Positions 24,148 to 32,013 of a stretch of DNA of 36,656 nucleotides are shown here, piece after piece (the stretch's first letter is position 1; each line of letters begins with the position of its first letter). Where the stretch lies: the NCBI GenBank assembly GCA_964587375.1, contig CAZPLE010000097.1, positions 1 through 36,656 of the forward strand. The letters are read 5' to 3'. A program made the translations under genes and the position numbers. The notes below the pieces were generated by a model. It was not told the DNA's origin, did no database searches, and worked only from the letters and a program-made list of their open reading frames with translations. Source of the stretch: an uncultured bacterium (GTDB lineage: Bacteria > Ratteibacteria > UBA8468 > MWAK01).

Positions 24148-24905
24148 CCTGGCAGTTCTACCATCATGCCATCACTGGCAGCCAGAACTTCTTTACCAAA
24201 TTCTTGTGAGAGGGAGGCAGCGACCTCCCAGGGCTTGAGGGCCAGCATCGTGCGGCCAAAGTGGGTAAGGATGGTCTTTTTTGCTTCTGTCTCTTTGAGA
24301 ATCGCTCGCACTTCTGGCAGGGAAAGATGATAAACCTCTGGCCTTCTCTCTGCCAGCACGACGTTTATCACCAGAATCTCCCCCCGAAAATATTCGGCAA
24401 TTTCAGCAAAGTAGCCGGTATCGGTTATGAAAGAGACCGTAGTTTTTCCTATCTTAAAGTTGAAACCGTAGGTCTCTACCGGATGGAGCATCTTTTTAGC
24501 CGCCGTGAAGATTATCTCGCCTACTTGGTAACTTCCTCCCTCCTGCAGTATCTCCAGCCGTTGGGGAAATCCACGAAGGTAATTGAGGATAACCGGGTCC
24601 TGGGAAAGAGCATCAGAGGGTGCAAATACTGCCCCTCGTCTGCTATGGCCTCCAGAGGTCATCGCTTCAATCATTACATTGATATCAGTGGAATGGTCAA
24701 GGTGTTTATGAGAAAGGATAATACCGGTCAATTTTGTGGGGTCAAGTTTCGGCCGACTGGAGAGTGCCCGCACCAGGGCACCCGGGCCAGGGTCTATAAT
24801 AATCTGTTCGTTTGCGGCGGAAATCCATATCCCGCCAGAGGCGCGTATCTGCTGGAGCATTACAAAGCGCGCTCCGGAAGTTCCCAGAAATTTGATAAAA
24901 GCCAT
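24144..24905 (-). CDS. MBL-fold metallo-hydrolase
   Basis: HxHxDH motif (SHKHLDHSTD), N-terminal FLGTSG, and later D/H ligand positions (ITDTGY, LTHFG). 253 aa. Its start abuts the upstream stop (TAAATG). Confidence 0.8.
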   Translation of the reverse strand: MAFIKFLGTSGARFVMLQQIRASGGIWISAANEQIIIDPGPGALVRALSSRPKLDPTKLTGIILSHKHLDHSTDINVMIEAMTSGGHSRRGAVFAPSDALSQDPVILNYLRGFPQRLEILQEGGSYQVGEIIFTAAKKMLHPVETYGFNFKIGKTTVSFITDTGYFAEIAEYFRGEILVINVVLAERRPEVYHLSLPEVRAILKETEAKKTILTHFGRTMLALKPWEVAASLSQEFGKEVLAASDGMMVELPG

Positions 24906-25733
24906 TTAGAGAAAAAAGGAAGTTCCGATTCCCAACCAATCCTCGCTTTCCTGGTAGAACTGGCCTTCCGGGCTATGGCCAGAGAAGTATTCTATAAATA
25001 TCCGGAGCCTTTGCTGGTGATGAGCATCATGATATTCAAGACCCGCTTGGGTAGCAAGGTCTACATCCCAGTCAAATTCCTTTCTGGTTACCAGATCCTG
25101 GGAGAGATAGAAGGACCAGTCCCTTTTGATGGGTTTGGTAAACTCCCAGCCCACCTGGCCAGTCCACCCAGGAATGAAGGGTGTGGAGTGCCAGAAATAG
25201 CCCAAACCAGCATAGATACGATATGGCCCGGCGTTCTTAGAGATAAGAAATTCCGCCTTTTCCCGACTGAAATGATTGGACTTCCGTCCCGTCTTATCCT
25301 GGTAGTTATCTCCCAGGTGAGAACTCTGGTGGTAAACCTGGAACCTTCCGGAGAGGTTGCCTTTTCGGAAAGAGAGCGGGAGACAGATGCGGAAATCGCT
25401 ATTTTTAAGTTCCCTGGGCTCGGTGGAGAGTTGAAAAGTGGAAAATACCCCACCCTCCAGGCTTAACTGATAAGAGATACCCTCCTTCTGCCAGCCGAGG
25501 ATGGGAAGCCGGCCAGCAACGTTTGCCTCACTAAACTCCTCGCCAGAGTGTTGGAAATAACGAAAGGTGATGGCCGGTTCTCTTAAGGCTGCCCGTGGTG
25601 GTTCAAATATCCGCTCCCCGGGAAACCAGGCAATCTCTGTGGCTCCAACCAGAGAATGGCTGTTAAAGATATACCCGGCAACCATCATGCTCCAGACAAG
25701 GACCCGTTTGTCCTTTTTTGGTTCTTTCCCCAA
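24906..25733 (-). CDS. hypothetical exported protein, DUF1207-like (possible outer-membrane beta-barrel)
   Basis: I prefer TTG 25733, preceded by GGAGG + 5 nt. This gives a basic-hydrophobic signal-like N-terminus (GKEPKKDKRVLVWSMMVAGYIFNSHSLVGA). Motifs FEPPRAALREP and YHQSSHLGD resemble what I recall of DUF1207. The sequence alternates aromatic/hydrophilic residues and ends in an aromatic-rich C-terminus (...GIGTSFFL). Confidence 0.5.
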   Translation of the reverse strand: MGKEPKKDKRVLVWSMMVAGYIFNSHSLVGATEIAWFPGERIFEPPRAALREPAITFRYFQHSGEEFSEANVAGRLPILGWQKEGISYQLSLEGGVFSTFQLSTEPRELKNSDFRICLPLSFRKGNLSGRFQVYHQSSHLGDNYQDKTGRKSNHFSREKAEFLISKNAGPYRIYAGLGYFWHSTPFIPGWTGQVGWEFTKPIKRDWSFYLSQDLVTRKEFDWDVDLATQAGLEYHDAHHQQRLRIFIEYFSGHSPEGQFYQESEDWLGIGTSFFL

Positions 25734-25775
25734 GGTTACCTCCAGAAAAAATTCTTTACCAACAAAATTTTGAAT

Positions 25776-25784
25776 ATTATAGCA
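25776..25784 (-). promoter_or_regulatory. extended -10 element TGCTATAAT for the DUF1207-like/MBL pair
   Basis: Minus strand TGCTATAAT (25784-25776), about 30 nt upstream of the GGAGG-TTG start. The -35 is weak (ATAACA). Confidence 0.4.
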
Positions 25785-25788
25785 TAAC

Positions 25789-25818
25789 TTGCTTTTGATG
25801 TTATTCTTCTGGTAAAAT
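25789..25818 (+). promoter_or_regulatory. sigma70-type promoter TTGCTT-18 nt-TAAAAT for the Lon-like gene (near-leaderless)
   Basis: TTGCTT 25789-25794, TAAAAT 25813-25818, then 9 nt (TTTAAAATT) before ATG 25828. No SD. Confidence 0.4.
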
Positions 25819-25827
25819 TTTAAAATT

Positions 25828-28287
25828 ATGGGAAATAACAACCTGAAAATCTGGGAACTGAAACCAGAACAGGTCCGAAATCAGTGCCCCCCAGAATCCT
25901 GTCCTGGTGAGCATACAGGTGAGATTCCAGCCCTGGAGGGGATTATTGGTCAGCACCGCGCTGCCCGGGCGCTGGAGTTTGGACTCAAGATTGAAAAGCC
26001 GGGTTTTAACATCTATGTCTCTGGACTTCCAGGAACCGGTCGGGAGACTTCGGTTGATGCCGCAATTGCCGAACTGGCAAAGAAACAACCCGTTCCACCC
26101 GATTGGTGTTATGTTTACAACTTTGAGGACCCAGACAGACCCTGTGCCCTTCGTTTTCCACCAGGACGGGGCAGAGAGTTTCAGAAAGACATTGAAACCC
26201 TGATTGAAGAGCTGAAACTGGCAGTCCCCCGGGCTTTTGAAGGTAAGGAATACGAAAACCAGCGCAATCAGATTACGCAGTCATTCCAGGAGCAGCGCCA
26301 GCAGGTCTATTCGGAACTGGAGAAGAAAGCAGAAGCAGAGGGATTTCTCTTGAAGCAGACCGCTACTGGGCTGGCCCTAATTCCAGTGATGGAAGGCAAA
26401 CCCCTTACCGATTCCGAATACGAAAAGTTGGGACCTGCGGAAAAAGAGTTCTTTCGCAAAAAACAGGAAAAACTTTACAGTGAGGTTTCAGAGGCGATGC
26501 GGCAGGTGCGGCAACTGGAAAAAGAGGTGCGGGAAAGGGTAAGGGAACTGGACCGCGCCACAGGAACTTTTACGGTAAAACATTATTTTGATGAACTCTA
26601 CCAGAAGTATAAGGACCTTCCAGAGGTAGTGGCTCATCTGGAAAGGGTTCAGAAGGAGGTGGTGGAGAACATCCACGACTTTTTGGAAAAAGAAGAGAAG
26701 GAGATTTTGCCGGGGATAAAAATACCGATGCCCCGCGACCCATTCCTTTCCTATCGCGTTAATCTTCTGGTAGACAATAGTCAGACCAAAGGTGCCCCGG
26801 TAGTGAAGGAAGGCAACCCCACCTACTTTAATCTTATCGGCCGCCAGGAGTACCGTCCCCAGTTCGGTTCTTTTGTAACCGATTTTACAATGATAAAGGC
26901 TGGCGCCCTCCACCGCGCCAATGGCGGTTATCTCGTTTTGCAGGCATCTGAACTTTTTACTAAATACTTCTCTTGGCAGGCGCTGAAACGCTGTCTTAAA
27001 AACGGAACCATTCAGATAGAGGACCTTGCGGAGGAGTTCCACCTGATAAGCACGCCGGCAATGAAACCGGAGCCGATTCCCCTGTCGGTAAAGGTAGTAA
27101 TTATTGGCAACCCATATATCTACCAGTTACTGTATGCTTGGGACGAGGACTTTCCCAAACTTTTTAAGGTGAAGGCCGATTTTGACCATCGAATGAACCG
27201 GGATAAAGAAGGGATTAACCAGTACGCCGCTTTCATCAGCCGTCACTGCAAAGAAAAGAACCTTTTGCCCTTCCACCGGTCCGCGATAGCCAAAGTGGTG
27301 GAATACGGGAGCCGCCTGGTGGAGGACCAGGAGAGACTGAGCACCCGCTTCATAGAGATTGCTGATATCGTCCAGGAGGCTGATTACTGGGCAAGAGAGA
27401 GCGGGAAGAATATGGTTATGGCTCCTGATGTTCTGCGTGCGATTGAAGAGAAGGTTTACCGTAGCAACCGCATAGAAGAGCGCATTCGGGAGATGATTAA
27501 AGAAGGCCAGATCTTGCTTGATGACCGAGGCACAGTAGTCGGTCAGGTTAATGGCTTGGCAGTGGTCTGGCTGGGTGATTATCTGTTTGGACGGCCGACA
27601 CGGATCACAGCACGAACATTTGTCGGAAAAGAAGGAATTCTGGATATAGAACGAGAAACAAAGTTGGGCGGACCCATCCATACCAAAGGTGTCTTAATCT
27701 TGAGCGGTTTTCTTGGAGAGCGTTACGCCCATACCGAACCGTTGACACTCTCTGCCTCCATCTGTTTTGAGCAATCATATGAAGAAGTAGAAGGGGATAG
27801 TGCCAGCAGTACCGAGTTGTATGCGTTACTTTCCAGCCTTTCTGGCCTTCCGATAAAACAGGGGATCGCGGTTACCGGTTCGGTCAACCAGAAGGGTGAG
27901 ATTCAACCCATTGGCGGTGTTAATGAAAAGATAGAGGGTTTTTATGAGGTCTGTAAGGTAAGGGGATTGAATGGGGAGCAGGGCGTGATTATCCCGAAGG
28001 CTAACATTAAAAACCTGATGCTTAAGGAAGAGGTGGTAGAAGCCATCTCCGCTGGTAAATTTCATATCTGGGCGGTCAGCAATGTGGATGAGGGGATTGA
28101 GATCCTCACTGGGGTACCTGCAGGCAAACCCAAAAGCCCGGATGGAACCTTTCCGCGGAATACCGTAAATTGGTTAGTGGCGCAGAGACTGGCAAAACTA
28201 AATGCCTACTATACGGAGAGCCAGAAGCCCAAAAAGCGCCGGAAGAGGAAGAGAAAGGTCGAAGAGAAGAAAGGCGGGAAGGAGTAA
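25828..28287 (+). CDS. Lon-like protease with AAA-like domain carrying a long charged helical insertion (LonC / AAA_32 + Lon_C type)
   Basis: N-terminal IIGQHRAARALEFGL, then P-loop-like GLPGTGRETS. Roughly 200 aa rich in E/K/R/Q follow. C-terminal protease domain has GDSASSTELYALLSSL (Ser) and GGVNEKIEGF (Lys). Basic tail KPKKRRKRKRKVEEKK. 819 aa. Confidence 0.85.
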   Translation: MGNNNLKIWELKPEQVRNQCPPESCPGEHTGEIPALEGIIGQHRAARALEFGLKIEKPGFNIYVSGLPGTGRETSVDAAIAELAKKQPVPPDWCYVYNFEDPDRPCALRFPPGRGREFQKDIETLIEELKLAVPRAFEGKEYENQRNQITQSFQEQRQQVYSELEKKAEAEGFLLKQTATGLALIPVMEGKPLTDSEYEKLGPAEKEFFRKKQEKLYSEVSEAMRQVRQLEKEVRERVRELDRATGTFTVKHYFDELYQKYKDLPEVVAHLERVQKEVVENIHDFLEKEEKEILPGIKIPMPRDPFLSYRVNLLVDNSQTKGAPVVKEGNPTYFNLIGRQEYRPQFGSFVTDFTMIKAGALHRANGGYLVLQASELFTKYFSWQALKRCLKNGTIQIEDLAEEFHLISTPAMKPEPIPLSVKVVIIGNPYIYQLLYAWDEDFPKLFKVKADFDHRMNRDKEGINQYAAFISRHCKEKNLLPFHRSAIAKVVEYGSRLVEDQERLSTRFIEIADIVQEADYWARESGKNMVMAPDVLRAIEEKVYRSNRIEERIREMIKEGQILLDDRGTVVGQVNGLAVVWLGDYLFGRPTRITARTFVGKEGILDIERETKLGGPIHTKGVLILSGFLGERYAHTEPLTLSASICFEQSYEEVEGDSASSTELYALLSSLSGLPIKQGIAVTGSVNQKGEIQPIGGVNEKIEGFYEVCKVRGLNGEQGVIIPKANIKNLMLKEEVVEAISAGKFHIWAVSNVDEGIEILTGVPAGKPKSPDGTFPRNTVNWLVAQRLAKLNAYYTESQKPKKRRKRKRKVEEKKGGKE

Positions 28288-28304
28288 AATTATATTAAAA
28301 TTAT

Positions 28305-29597
28305 ATGAAGATAGGCGTGATAGGAGCAGGCCACGTAGGGCTTGTGACCGCTGCTGGCTTTGCCCATTTAGGCCATTCGGTGATAGCGGTTGATGAAGAC
28401 CAAACGAAGATAGAGACCTTGCTTTCCGGGAAAACCCCCTTCTTTGAACCCGGACTTGCCGACCTTGTCTGTGAGGGAACCGAAAAGAAAAGGCTAACTT
28501 TTTCTACACTGATCAGTGATGCGGTTACTTTCGCAGAAGTTCTTTTTATCTGCGTGGGAACGCCCCAAAGAGAGAGTGGAGAGCCTGACCTTTCCGCGGT
28601 GGAGAAGGTGACCTCAGAGATTGCCCGCAGTCTTTCTGATTACCGACTGATTGTGGAGAAGAGCACAGTTCCGGTAATGACCGGCGAGTGGGTCAAATAT
28701 ACCCTGAAGGTTCTTTCCGACAAAGAGGTATCCTTTGACCTGGCTGCCAATCCGGAGTTTTTACGAGAAGGGAGTGCGGTTTATGACTTTTTTCATCCCG
28801 ACCGGATTGTAGTTGGCGTGGAGACTGAGCGTGCCCGCAAGATTATGGAAGAGATTTACCACGATATTCCTGCCCCCATCCTCTTTACCGATATTAAGAG
28901 TGCGGAGTTGATTAAGCACGCCAGCAACTCCTTCTTGGCGTTAAAAATATCTTATGCCAACGCCTTAAGCCAACTGTGCGAACGGGTGGGTGCGGATGTA
29001 AATCTTGTCGTGGAAGGGGTGGGTCTGGACAGCCGAATAGGAAAAGCGCATCTTTTCCCAGGCATCGGTTATGGCGGAAGTTGTTTTCCCAAAGATGTGG
29101 CAGCCTTTCTCCATCTGGCGCGTAGTGTGGGTTACGATTTCAAAATACTTAAAGCCGCTGCCGAAACTAATGAGGAGCAGAAGAGGTTCAGTCTGGAGAA
29201 GATTAGAAAAGGCGTCTGGAACCTGAAAGGGAAGACAATGGCTGTTCTTGGCCTTGCCTTCAAGCCAGATACCGATGATATTCGGGAAAGCCCCAGTGTA
29301 GAGATAGTGAAGATGCTTCTGGCGGAAGGTTGTTTCATCCGCGCTTATGACCCGGCAGCCGCCCAAAATGCAAAAGATGCTCTTCCGGAAATCACAATTT
29401 GTGCTGACCCTTACCAAGCCGCGAAAGGTGCTTCTGCCCTTCTGGTCCTTACCGACTGGCCCCAGTTTGCCAAACTTGACTTTGAGCGAATTAAAGACAT
29501 ACTTTTGATGCCCGTGATCTTTGACGGCCGCAATTTTCTACCAAAAGAACACCTGCGTTCCTTAGGCTTTACTTATCTTGCTCTCGGCCGGACTTAA
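28305..29597 (+). CDS. ugd: UDP-glucose 6-dehydrogenase
   Basis: MKIGVIGAGHVGL (Rossmann), FICVGTP, EKSTVP, NPEFLREG, GGSCFPKD (catalytic Cys) and GLAFKPDTDDIRESP. 430 aa. Confidence 0.92.
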   Translation: MKIGVIGAGHVGLVTAAGFAHLGHSVIAVDEDQTKIETLLSGKTPFFEPGLADLVCEGTEKKRLTFSTLISDAVTFAEVLFICVGTPQRESGEPDLSAVEKVTSEIARSLSDYRLIVEKSTVPVMTGEWVKYTLKVLSDKEVSFDLAANPEFLREGSAVYDFFHPDRIVVGVETERARKIMEEIYHDIPAPILFTDIKSAELIKHASNSFLALKISYANALSQLCERVGADVNLVVEGVGLDSRIGKAHLFPGIGYGGSCFPKDVAAFLHLARSVGYDFKILKAAAETNEEQKRFSLEKIRKGVWNLKGKTMAVLGLAFKPDTDDIRESPSVEIVKMLLAEGCFIRAYDPAAAQNAKDALPEITICADPYQAAKGASALLVLTDWPQFAKLDFERIKDILLMPVIFDGRNFLPKEHLRSLGFTYLALGRT

Positions 29598-29621
29598 ATT
29601 AAATAATCAACAAGAAGAAAG

Positions 29622-30917
29622 ATGGGAAGGATAAAGATTAAACGAACAAATAGTGACTTTGAGCGAGAACCACTTTTGGCCCCCTTTGGCTTTAAGGGCG
29701 GGTATATGAGAGAGTCATGGCAGACTGTGGTTTTGATGGAGAGTGAAAACGGTTATACCGGAGTCGGTCTGGGTACGCAGAATGTACTCTGGTCAGACGC
29801 TACCGTCTTTGCCAATCACTCGGAAGCGGCCGGAAACAGTCTGATGTATCTGCTGACCGCGTACAGTCTCAAGATAGTTAAGGAAATTCCTTTTGAAACA
29901 CCGGTAGAACTGTTGGAAGAACTTCTGCCAGCCACCTATGAGTATGGGTGTAAAATCATTGGGAACGAGAAGTTGCGCTTAACCTTTGCCCTTAATGCTC
30001 TGGTAGCGGTGGATAACGCCGCCTGGCAGGTTTATACCAAAGAAAACGGCAGGGAAAGGTTTGAGGAAATGATTCCAGAAGAAGCACGGCCCGCACTCTC
30101 TTTCCGGCACGAAAAACTTGCCTGTATCCCGTTGATGAGTTACGGCGTGCCCATTTCTGACATTGTAAAGACCTTAGAAGAAGGGTTCTTCTTCTTAAAG
30201 ATAAAGATTGGTTCTGACCCGGATAAAGATGGAGACTACGAGAAGATGCTGCGCTGGGATAAAGAAAGGCTCACCGCCATTCACCGGATAGCCCAAGATC
30301 GGCAAATCCCGTATACTGACAAAGGCTGGATCCCCTATTACCTTGATGCTAACGGCCGTTATGATAGTAAAGAACGTCTTTTAAGACTTCTGGACCACGC
30401 AGCCAAAATCGGAGCCCTGGAGCGGATTATGATTGTGGAAGAGCCGTTTCCAGAAGAGTACCGGGTGGATGTGAGCGACATCCCGGTGCGTCTGGCAGCA
30501 GATGAAAGCGCCCATTCGGACAAAGATGCTCTGGAGCGTATCCAGATGGGTTATAAAGCGATTGCCCTCAAGCCCATTGCCAAGACGATGAGTATGAGTT
30601 TAAAGATAGCCACTCTTGCCCACCAACACCACATCCCTTGCTTCTGCGCTGACCTTACGGTAAACCCCATCCTTGTGGACTGGAATAAGAATGTAGCCTG
30701 CCGACTGGCTCCTCTACCCGGGATGAAGATAGGGGTGTTGGAGTCAAATGGGCACCAGAACTATCGCCATTGGGAGAGAATGAAATCGTACCATCCGCGT
30801 TATGGTGCGGCCTGGATAGAGCCTATCAGAGGAATTTTTAATTTGGGAGAAGAGTTCTATGCCTGTAGTGGTGGCATCTTTGAACCCAGCCCCCACTATC
30901 TGGAACTGGTAAAATAG
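29622..30917 (+). CDS. enolase-superfamily enzyme, MLE-subgroup-like signature, unknown specificity
   Basis: KxK on strand 2 (FLKIKIG). Metal-ligand positions DANGRY, VEEP and AADES. Second catalytic Lys candidate in LKPIAK. N-terminal capping domain. 431 aa, longer than typical MLE-subgroup members. Confidence 0.7.
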   Translation: MGRIKIKRTNSDFEREPLLAPFGFKGGYMRESWQTVVLMESENGYTGVGLGTQNVLWSDATVFANHSEAAGNSLMYLLTAYSLKIVKEIPFETPVELLEELLPATYEYGCKIIGNEKLRLTFALNALVAVDNAAWQVYTKENGRERFEEMIPEEARPALSFRHEKLACIPLMSYGVPISDIVKTLEEGFFFLKIKIGSDPDKDGDYEKMLRWDKERLTAIHRIAQDRQIPYTDKGWIPYYLDANGRYDSKERLLRLLDHAAKIGALERIMIVEEPFPEEYRVDVSDIPVRLAADESAHSDKDALERIQMGYKAIALKPIAKTMSMSLKIATLAHQHHIPCFCADLTVNPILVDWNKNVACRLAPLPGMKIGVLESNGHQNYRHWERMKSYHPRYGAAWIEPIRGIFNLGEEFYACSGGIFEPSPHYLELVK

Positions 30918-30920
30918 ATG

Positions 30921-31997
30921 CTATTTTTTGATAAAGATGGGTTGAGACCAGGCACACCTTCCCTTGGAATCGGTGATCTTTATTCTGATGTAGCCATCTT
31001 CCTTTTTCGGGTAATAATAGGCCTGCCACCCTTGGGTTTCCTTTAGAACTTTACCTTCCCGGCCGATAAACCTTATCCGATAACTCTCTCCTTCTTCTGG
31101 TTTAACCTTCACCCCAACATACCGGGAAGAGAGAGAAAGGCTGTGCAGGGTAACACCGGTGCTGGCGTAAAAATCGCCCTTTTCCATCGCTTCTATAATT
31201 GCCTGAGTGGAAAGTTCTTTTGCCCTTACCCAGATCCAGCCCTTGCCAGGTGTGGCACCTACTGGAGAAGAATAGTTATGGGCGTCATCGGCTGCTACAC
31301 CATAAATTAATTGTCCGCTATCAAGAAGCGCCTCCCATATCTTTTCGGTACTCTTATGGGTGGCATCTCCATCATTGTAGACATCCGGGTGGCCATTATA
31401 TAACTCAAAAAATTTTCCGTTTTTAACCTCTTTCATCATTCGGTCGTCAAAGGCAAACCCAAAGTTGGGGTGATTGATAATGGGAAGGCCCCCCTGTTTC
31501 CACACCGCATCTACCGCAGATTGTAAAAGCGCAAGACACCTTTGGAAACGAAGCGACTCATTTATCTTTTCTTGAGAAAACCCTTTTTCTTCCAGGCTGA
31601 TAGCCAGTGAAGAAATCTCCTCTTCGGTCAAGGCGCCGATGTTTCCCGGGATCACCTTTTTCAGGCCTATTCCGTTGACGTGGATTGGCGGAATACCCGG
31701 GCTGCCACTACTTATCTCTTCGCCAGGGATTACCAGCATCCTTCTTTCTTTTTCTCTGCCGACCATAAAATCAGTAAAGAGCGTCAGTATATTGTGGTCA
31801 GTGATGACTAAAAAGTCATATCCATGGTCATAATACCACCGGATGGCTTCCAGCGGCGGAACATTCCCATCGCTGTAATTGGTATGCGCGTGCGTATTCC
31901 CCTTGAACCACCGTGCCCTTTGCCTGCAATAAGAGTCAGTTTTCATCATAGTTAGAAAGAGAAAGACCAATCCCCACAAAATAACAGCCTTTTTCAT
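30921..31997 (-). CDS. secreted PHP-domain (CehA/McbA-like) metallo-phosphoesterase
   Basis: Start at ATG 31997, preceded by GGGAGGAA. Signal-like MKKAVILWGLVFLFLTMM, then GNTHAHTNYSDG, VITDHN, INHPN and AADDAH, which is the PHP His/Asp ligand series. The ORF-track start at 32165 overlaps lpxI. Confidence 0.75.
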   Translation of the reverse strand: MKKAVILWGLVFLFLTMMKTDSYCRQRARWFKGNTHAHTNYSDGNVPPLEAIRWYYDHGYDFLVITDHNILTLFTDFMVGREKERRMLVIPGEEISSGSPGIPPIHVNGIGLKKVIPGNIGALTEEEISSLAISLEEKGFSQEKINESLRFQRCLALLQSAVDAVWKQGGLPIINHPNFGFAFDDRMMKEVKNGKFFELYNGHPDVYNDGDATHKSTEKIWEALLDSGQLIYGVAADDAHNYSSPVGATPGKGWIWVRAKELSTQAIIEAMEKGDFYASTGVTLHSLSLSSRYVGVKVKPEEGESYRIRFIGREGKVLKETQGWQAYYYPKKEDGYIRIKITDSKGRCAWSQPIFIKK

Positions 31998-32013
31998 ATA
32001 TTCCTCCCAGCGA

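Noticed and set aside
24261-25466. 401-aa ORF on the plus strand, the longest unannotated ORF in the window
   Set aside because: It lies entirely antisense to two well-supported minus-strand genes, the MBL hydrolase (HxHxDH motif) and the DUF1207-like gene, and crosses their junction. It has no recognisable motifs, no SD or promoter, and a Cys/Arg/Gly-rich composition typical of antisense-frame artefacts.
28200-28287. Poly-basic C-terminal tails shared by the Lon-like protease and S1 (KRRKRKRK / KGRKRKGG)
   Set aside because: These are short low-complexity Lys/Arg/Glu tails encoded by purine-rich DNA. There is no nucleotide-level repeat shared between the two loci, so I treat the similarity as compositional rather than a shared module.
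28285-28307. Possible fourth leaderless start at ugd (TATATT-8 nt-ATG, no SD)
   Set aside because: No acceptable -35 lies upstream (the region is the purine-rich 3' end of the Lon-like gene), and only 17 nt separate it from the preceding stop. Co-transcription with the Lon-like gene is at least as likely, so it is not called as a promoter.
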